Shown one piece after another: positions 5,449-10,454 of a stretch of DNA of 10,454 nucleotides; within the stretch, counting starts at the first letter, position 1; every line of letters starts with the position of its first letter. The notes below the pieces were generated by a model that worked only from the letters and a program-made list of their open reading frames with translations, was not told the origin of the DNA and did not search any database. The stretch is from assembly GCA_038883795.1 (NCBI GenBank), contig JAVZLK010000046.1:1-10454 (forward strand). Direction: 5' to 3'. This stretch comes from Candidatus Bathyarchaeia archaeon (GTDB taxonomy: Archaea > Thermoproteota > Bathyarchaeia > Bathyarchaeales > Bathycorpusculaceae). The translations under genes and the position numbers were made by a program.

Positions 5449-7914
5449 CTATTTAGGACGTTCTGATCCCATGTGCTTAAGAATTATTGCAATAAGAGTA
5501 GTCAATATCAGTAGAGACAGCAAAGTTACGTGCGGAAACTCTGGTATTACTTCCACCGAATATGCAAGTGTTTCAAAATCTTGTAAGAAATAGGCTTGCA
5601 ACTCGATAATTTCGCCCATGTGGCTCGTCCAATCTAAGTCAAACCTAAATGTCATGGTGGAGTTTGGCATTATGCCTACCGACGGGTAATACCTTTCGAT
5701 AATTGTTCCATTAGCAAGTTTACATGTTATTTTTGTAACATTTATGTAGACATCTGATTCTGGGAAATTGCGTATTGTCACGTTGAAGTAGTCCGGGTGT
5801 TCTTCATAAAAGTCCACGCTTTGGATTAATGCAAATGCAACCTCCAACTCGACAGTCTCTCTGAATATATATCCCTGCTCTGTATCTACATAGATCACCG
5901 TTTTAACAACGCCATGCCAACTTCCATTAAACCTGAAATAGATAGAATTGTTAGGCTGAAGGCTTACCGGAACCGCTCGTATATCTGGATCCATATCTAC
6001 AATGTCTATGCCAGCCACTAGAATATCCCTAATTGTAAGGTTTACCTCTGACCAAGGATCATTCGTTATTGTTATATTAAACCTCCTGAAGGAAACTTTG
6101 GCGTTAAATTCCGGGGTTATATAAAGCTTAACATACGGCAATTTCGCCTCTTTACTTACTGTCGGAAACTCTTGAAAGAATACGTGGACAATAATAGTTT
6201 CTCCAGGGAATTTGCTGGCAATTTCTCCCCATGAAAAGTGAACTTCATCCTTACGAAATCGCCCACATGTGATATTCACGGACTCTCCTCTCGGAATTAA
6301 AATCCCATTTTCAATTGGAGGTTCCGTTTCCACAGCCTCGTAAATTTCTTCCCCACCCTTAAAGCCGACCCTAATTCTTGTAATTACCGCGTCTAACGGC
6401 GAATATTCAGGATTAAAAACTTCAATTTTTAAAGTTTTGACATTTTCCTTATCGATACGAATTTTGACTATTGAGGGGCCAACAGCCCATGGAGCCATTA
6501 ATGGATATCTGTCAACGTTGTTATCGTCAATATTGTATGGGACGTCGCTGATGCCATCACTGCCGGTAGTATTCTGATAAGGTCCACTGTACAAGTCAAC
6601 GCCTGTATAGTCGCTCCAAAAGTTTCCCCCTGAAGGGTAGCCATCATCCCAAATATTTATCGACGGAGAAATAACCAGTTCGTCCCATGATAAATCATAA
6701 ACTTGTCTGGTATTGTTTATGAAGTTATTGTGATAGATTTTGTTTTGAGACGACATTGCAAACCATGTGCCGTTTCCGTTGTTTTCTATTCGGTTTTCAG
6801 ATACCATGTTGCAGGCGGAAGCTTCAAAGTGTATGCCGCAATTAACATTTTCTTTTATGATATTTCTTGAAATAGTGTTGCCATGTGAGCCGAGAAGGTA
6901 AATGCCGTTCTCGTTATCTTCCAAAAGGTTCCCAATTAAAGTGCTGTTTGATGATCTGTTCACTTCAATGCCGCTTTGTTCGTTTGCTTTTATGATGTTC
7001 TTCGAGATGTCATTGTAATGTGAGGAGTCAGATATCAAAATTCCATAAGTATTATCTGTTATGTTGTTTAAAACTACACTGTTGTTATTGCTTGAATAAT
7101 AAAAAAGTATGCCCTCACCGTTGTTTGTAAGTTGGTTCTCCGCTATGATGTTGTTTGATGATTCAAAGAAGCGTATAACGTTTGAATGTGAATGAGTTAT
7201 CTCGTTTTTTAAAATGGCATTGTTAGAAGAATTATAGAAGTATATACCTTCTTTATTCCCTCGTAATTTGTTTTGAGAGATTATATTAAAAGCGGAATCT
7301 TGAAGGTATATTCCGCAGGGCATCCACCATTCAACGTGCTCTGCTATAACATTTCCAGAAATGGTGTTATTCCATGAGCCCCAGAGCCCAACACCATGCT
7401 CGTTTCTTGTTATGTTAATTCCAGAAATTAAATTGTGGCTTGAATATAGAAGCGCAACACCATTAGTGTTGTTTCTTATGCAACCACTTCCGAGCAACTT
7501 GCAACTAAAAGATCGATTAAGGAAGATACCAACGTAGAAACCTTCAACGTTTATATTTTTAACTGTCACATTGCCAACATTTGAAAGCAATATCCCCTTA
7601 CTTTTAGGCGTTCCCAACCCGTGAACGGTATAGCCTAGACCTTCAAATGTTATATTACTCCTTTCAACAATAATTCCATCAGCATTGCTAACGATATTAT
7701 CCACTAAAATGTAAGTAATATTCTTATAAGTCACTATAGGAGCGTCTGGGGGATCTATTGTACCATCCGCCCTGATATAAACAGTCCCAATCCAGCTTCC
7801 ATAGGCCTTCTTCAGGCTTATGCTATGCCAAATAGGCAACGCTACAGATATAGCTAATAACATAAGAACAAAAATTGATAATAATGATGGTGAGCCTTCT
7901 AAAGCCTTCTTCAT
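5449..7914 (-). CDS. Cell-surface glycoprotein: signal/TM, NosD-type right-handed parallel beta-helix, three beta-rich repeats, PEF-CTERM anchor
   Basis: Has ~22-aa GIxLxxSxNNxIxxNxIxxN repeats and the cap motif YHNNFINN...WDDGYPSGGNFWSDYTGVD...DRYPLMAP. The C-terminus is VIPEFP, a TM helix and a basic tail. Many N-x-S/T sequons. Confidence 0.9.
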   Translation of the reverse strand: MKKALEGSPSLLSIFVLMLLAISVALPIWHSISLKKAYGSWIGTVYIRADGTIDPPDAPIVTYKNITYILVDNIVSNADGIIVERSNITFEGLGYTVHGLGTPKSKGILLSNVGNVTVKNINVEGFYVGIFLNRSFSCKLLGSGCIRNNTNGVALLYSSHNLISGINITRNEHGVGLWGSWNNTISGNVIAEHVEWWMPCGIYLQDSAFNIISQNKLRGNKEGIYFYNSSNNAILKNEITHSHSNVIRFFESSNNIIAENQLTNNGEGILFYYSSNNNSVVLNNITDNTYGILISDSSHYNDISKNIIKANEQSGIEVNRSSNSTLIGNLLEDNENGIYLLGSHGNTISRNIIKENVNCGIHFEASACNMVSENRIENNGNGTWFAMSSQNKIYHNNFINNTRQVYDLSWDELVISPSINIWDDGYPSGGNFWSDYTGVDLYSGPYQNTTGSDGISDVPYNIDDNNVDRYPLMAPWAVGPSIVKIRIDKENVKTLKIEVFNPEYSPLDAVITRIRVGFKGGEEIYEAVETEPPIENGILIPRGESVNITCGRFRKDEVHFSWGEIASKFPGETIIVHVFFQEFPTVSKEAKLPYVKLYITPEFNAKVSFRRFNITITNDPWSEVNLTIRDILVAGIDIVDMDPDIRAVPVSLQPNNSIYFRFNGSWHGVVKTVIYVDTEQGYIFRETVELEVAFALIQSVDFYEEHPDYFNVTIRNFPESDVYINVTKITCKLANGTIIERYYPSVGIMPNSTMTFRFDLDWTSHMGEIIELQAYFLQDFETLAYSVEVIPEFPHVTLLSLLILTTLIAIILKHMGSERPK

Positions 7915-7922
7915 CTCATGAT

Positions 7923-8740
7923 TTACCTCGTTTTTATTAAAATAAATGTTGCTACAAAGGCAATAATCAACACTATCAGAAGGAGAGTGTATGAAAGGGG
8001 TTCGATGTTCACGTCTTTTGGTTGTGGTGAGGGTGAGGGGGTTGGCGTCGGAGGTGTGGAGTTGCTTATTTGCTGCATGGTTATGTTTACCTGCGACATT
8101 TTATCCTGTTGCACAGTAGCCGTAATTGATGCTGTTTGAAAGTTAGCTTTTGAGGAGACTATCGTGTATTGCCCAGGCGCTAGATCTGAAAATGTTATTT
8201 GCCCTGTAGAGTCCGTGTAGCCACCCCGTGACTCCGGTCCAGAAATGCTTACGTATGCAGCGTTAACTGCACTTCCATATGTATCCTTTACAATGATTCT
8301 TAAACTTCCAGCTATCCTTTCCCGCCATATCAGCTTTTCAGTCCAAGAATATAAGCGGGCCGCACTTCCCGCAAAGCCCATAACAACTACATAAAAATTA
8401 TCTGAAAATCGAACAACGAACTGGACACATCCGGATTGAGCTGTCTTCATAACCCTGTAGCTGGATGGCCCGCCATATCTTGGCCAATTTCTCCAGTCAA
8501 CCTCGTTAAGTATATAAACGATACAAGGCGATCTGCAGTCCATTCAACATAAATGGTCTTGTCAGATTCAACATAATAGGGTCCGGAGTAACGGTAACCC
8601 ATAAATCCGATGTCCAAATTTTGCCCCGAAAAGAGTATTTGCTCCTTGTTTATGATTTGAGCCGCGTTTACGTATACAATATTATTTAAGTATAGGGCGA
8701 AAATAAAAATGAGAGTAATTATAGAAGCTTTATGACTCAT
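7923..8740 (-). pseudogene. Secreted, membrane-anchored protein (signal peptide, beta-sandwich domain, carboxypeptidase-regulatory-like domain, Pro/Thr linker, C-terminal TM), split by a 1-nt frameshift near 8520
   Basis: ORF 8447..8740 supplies the signal peptide and ...IYVEWTADRLV. ORF 7923..8543 supplies VYILNEVDW...TDSTGQITFSDLAPGQYTIVSSKANFQT...PTPTPSPSP-TM. The span is 818 nt, one short of a multiple of 3. An AGGAGG RBS precedes 8740 only. Confidence 0.8.
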
Positions 8741-8835
8741 ATTTCCTTCCTCCTTTTGGTTTATTATAAACTGGTTATTAACTGGTATATAAAAAATCCG
8801 TTAAAGGTTTCACCATACATTGTTAGCGGGTTTAC
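8741..8835. promoter_or_regulatory. Divergent promoter region with TATA-like boxes and an AACTGGT direct repeat
   Basis: TATATAAA at 8786-8793 and TTATAAA at 8764-8770. AACTGGT occurs at 8769-8775 and 8780-8786 (11-bp period). Confidence 0.45.
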
Positions 8836-9003
8836 TTGCCGAGAAAGAAATACAGAATGGTCGGGCTTCCAGAAGACCTATACCTGAAAGTTGAGAAGAT
8901 AGTTGAGGCTGGAAGGTATGGCTATACTTCAATATCGGAATTCGTTAAAGATGCTGTCAGAAGGAGACTTGAAGAAATAACTAGAAATTCGGAGGATCAA
9001 TGA
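8836..9003 (+). CDS. Ribbon-helix-helix (CopG/Arc/MetJ-type) regulator, 55 aa (not in the ORF track)
   Basis: MPRKKYRMVGLPEDLYLKVEKIVEAGRYGYTSISEFVKDAVRRRLEEITRNSEDQ*. It has the strand-LP-helix-GY.S.SEFV..A.R pattern typical of archaeal RHH proteins. Start is TTG 8836 or ATG 8857. Confidence 0.88.
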   Translation: MPRKKYRMVGLPEDLYLKVEKIVEAGRYGYTSISEFVKDAVRRRLEEITRNSEDQ

Positions 9004-9250
9004 ACTTTTCAAGCAATAAAGCTCCAAAACGACATTCCACTTAAACTTGCAAAATTTCTATACACGAACCTTATTCAATAATCATACCCTTTATAGTTAA
9101 GCAGAGAGGTTCATGTATAGAAAGCTTACTTCTCTGCCACAGACGACGCAAATTCTCTGAATGCTGGACAAAATTTTATCTATGTATGCCTCGCATAAAA
9201 TAACATAAGAGCAAATTCACCATGGATGTTTAATATCTCTGACAAATAGG

Positions 9251-9757
9251 TTGAGGGAATTGGAAGTAAAAGATCAACGGTCAATGTTACAGCGGCAATA
9301 CTACACGTATATCAAAGAACCAAAAAGCATCGACCAATTACCGAAAATTAGTATAAGGGGGGACAATCTACCTAAAAATCAACTGCGTAAAGTAGTCAAA
9401 AAATAGCTTAAGAGGCTTAAGTTAGAAAAGTACTTGGTTATCATTGAGGAAGTACCAGCATGGGACTATAACGCTGACGACGTGGAGTCACATACATATG
9501 CAAAACTTTGGGTTATAGATGAAAATGGAGAGAGGGTTGAAACTCAAGGCCCTATAGTTCAACTTGACGCGAAAAGGGTGAAGGCAGGGGACTTTGTTTT
9601 AATCTATATCATGTTCTACCTGCTCAATTGGAAAACTATGTCTTTAAGAGAATGTGAGGAAAACGTGTTACATGAACTGTTACACGTTAAATACCCTGAT
9701 AAAAATGAAAACTGGATAAGGAAAAAGACAAGCGAACTTCTTAAAAGGTCATCCTAA
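9251..9757 (+). pseudogene. HExxH zincin-like metallopeptidase-family gene with an in-frame TAG at 9404-9406 (listed ORF 9434..9757 is the downstream part)
   Basis: The frame is open from TTG 9251: ...NQLRKVVKK*LKRLKLEKYLVIIEEVPAW...EENVLHELLHVKYP. Trp (TGG) fits the context at the stop. Confidence 0.6.
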
Positions 9758-9914
9758 AGCCTGGACAAACCGATTCCCTTCGAAGGATTCTAACATTCAG
9801 CTCAGTCAAAGTCATCATCATAACTTTACTAAAAATTAAATAGCTATCATTTCTATGAAGCCAAGATCCAGACTTTAACAACTTTAAGGATTCACTTAAT
9901 TTTTTAATTGCATA

Positions 9915-9926
9915 CGGCCCGGCCCA
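9915..9926 (+). other. Second tRNA 3'-end-like fragment (possible att remnant)
   Basis: CGGCCCGGCCCA followed by TTTT, a GC-rich patch in AT-rich DNA. It fits a T-stem 3' strand, acceptor CCGGCCC and discriminator A. Confidence 0.35.
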
Positions 9927-9979
9927 TTTTCAGCGTTTTGGCATCAATTTTTTATACTGCCTATGGAGAACTTTATTGT

Positions 9980-10454
9980 ATGATATCTGTTGAGGAAGTG
10001 GTTGCCACAGTTGTACTTTTTGTTTGGGTTATTTTTGTAGCTGAAGTTCTAACTAGAAGGCTTTATGGCTTTTTAACGGGGCGGGGTGTGGGGCATTATG
10101 TTGCAGTCTATTATAACCGGAAAATTATTCATATCTTGACCGGTGGAGTTGTGGCTTTTCTTGTGCCCTTCATTTTTAAGACGCCCATTTTTCCATTTGC
10201 TATGGCTATACTTTTGGCTGTTTTTCTCTATGTGCCGCATAGACGCGGCAAGCTTATGTACTGGTTCCAGACTGAGGAGAACGCTTACGAGGTTTCCTTC
10301 TGCATCATGTGGGGTGTTGTGATAACTCTCGGCTGGCTTGTTTCCGGCGGGGAAAGCTTCTGGTTTGGAGTCTTACCAGTTATTTTTATGTCTGTTGGGG
10401 ACGCCATAACTGGGATTGTGCGGAACATTCTTTATAAGAGGAGGACAAAGTCTT
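9980..10454 (+). CDS. Dolichol/phytol kinase-family (CTP-dependent) membrane protein, 3'-truncated by the window
   Basis: MISVEEVVATVVLFVWVIFV...VAVYYNRKIIHILTGG...WFQTEENAYEV...FMSVGDAITGIVRN...RTKS, showing the RK..H, GD...G and K-S motifs. Confidence 0.88.
   Translation, partial: MISVEEVVATVVLFVWVIFVAEVLTRRLYGFLTGRGVGHYVAVYYNRKIIHILTGGVVAFLVPFIFKTPIFPFAMAILLAVFLYVPHRRGKLMYWFQTEENAYEVSFCIMWGVVITLGWLVSGGESFWFGVLPVIFMSVGDAITGIVRNILYKRRTKS

Larger units (their letters stand above)
253..9926. mobile_element. Decaying integrated element or genomic island (provirus/plasmid remnant plus surface-protein cargo)
   Basis: It lies between two housekeeping genes and contains ParB, AbrB-like, RHH and HTH genes, short orphans and several pseudogenes. 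Short tRNA-3'-end-like motifs mark both ends. No integrase is visible, so the boundaries are inferred. Confidence 0.6.

Noticed and set aside
7918-8139. 73-aa plus-strand ORF and the GGTGAG-type short repeat
   Set aside because: The GEGEGVGVGG stretch is the reverse complement of the Pro/Thr/Ser linker of the minus-strand surface protein.
9004-9250. Possible gene remnant on the minus strand (RICVVCGREV, a CxxC knuckle)
   Set aside because: Short frame with no start and no second cysteine pair; too weak to call.
354-9757. Wholesale stop-codon reassignment (TAA or TAG) in the island
   Set aside because: TAA ends several genes at natural-looking termini (229, 354, 7923, 9757) and TAG ends the PEF-CTERM protein right after its basic tail (5449). 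The accompanying frameshifts point to decay instead.
9777-9786. 10-bp palindrome CCTTCGAAGG (also CGGAGCTCCG at 2413-2422)
   Set aside because: A few palindromes of this length are expected by chance in 10 kb.
1-10454. CRISPR array, intact tRNA/rRNA, transposase, integrase, capsid or large terminase gene
   Set aside because: No regularly spaced repeats, cloverleaf or catalytic motifs were found by eye. The RNase H-fold gene follows RNase HI motifs, not DDE transposase motifs.

Overview
Archaeal DNA, most likely Bathyarchaeia (inferred from the style of the beta-helix/PEF-CTERM surface protein, the HtrA PDZ tail and the dolichol-kinase homolog). Two host housekeeping genes mark the edges: the 3' end of an HtrA-like protease (2..229) and the 5' part of a dolichol/phytol kinase (9980..>10454). 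Between them is a ~9.7 kb accessory island with no integrase, Rep or capsid gene, and each end resembles a tRNA 3' end pointing outward. The left half (354..4452) looks like a virus- or plasmid-derived module. Its tightly coupled minus-strand operon encodes, in order: a frameshifted AbrB-like regulator, two unknown proteins, a nonsense-disrupted gene, a ParB CTPase-HTH protein with a C4 zinc ribbon, an RNase HI-fold protein lacking two catalytic carboxylates, an Sm-like protein and an HExxD zincin-like protein. A perfect 25-bp parS-like palindrome sits in the 5' end of parB, and two divergent genes face away from the operon. The right half carries cell-surface cargo (membrane protein, beta-helix glycoprotein, frameshifted secreted protein), an RHH regulator and an HExxH protein with an in-frame amber codon. 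Several lesions indicate the island is decaying. All family calls come from reading motifs by eye, not from database searches.
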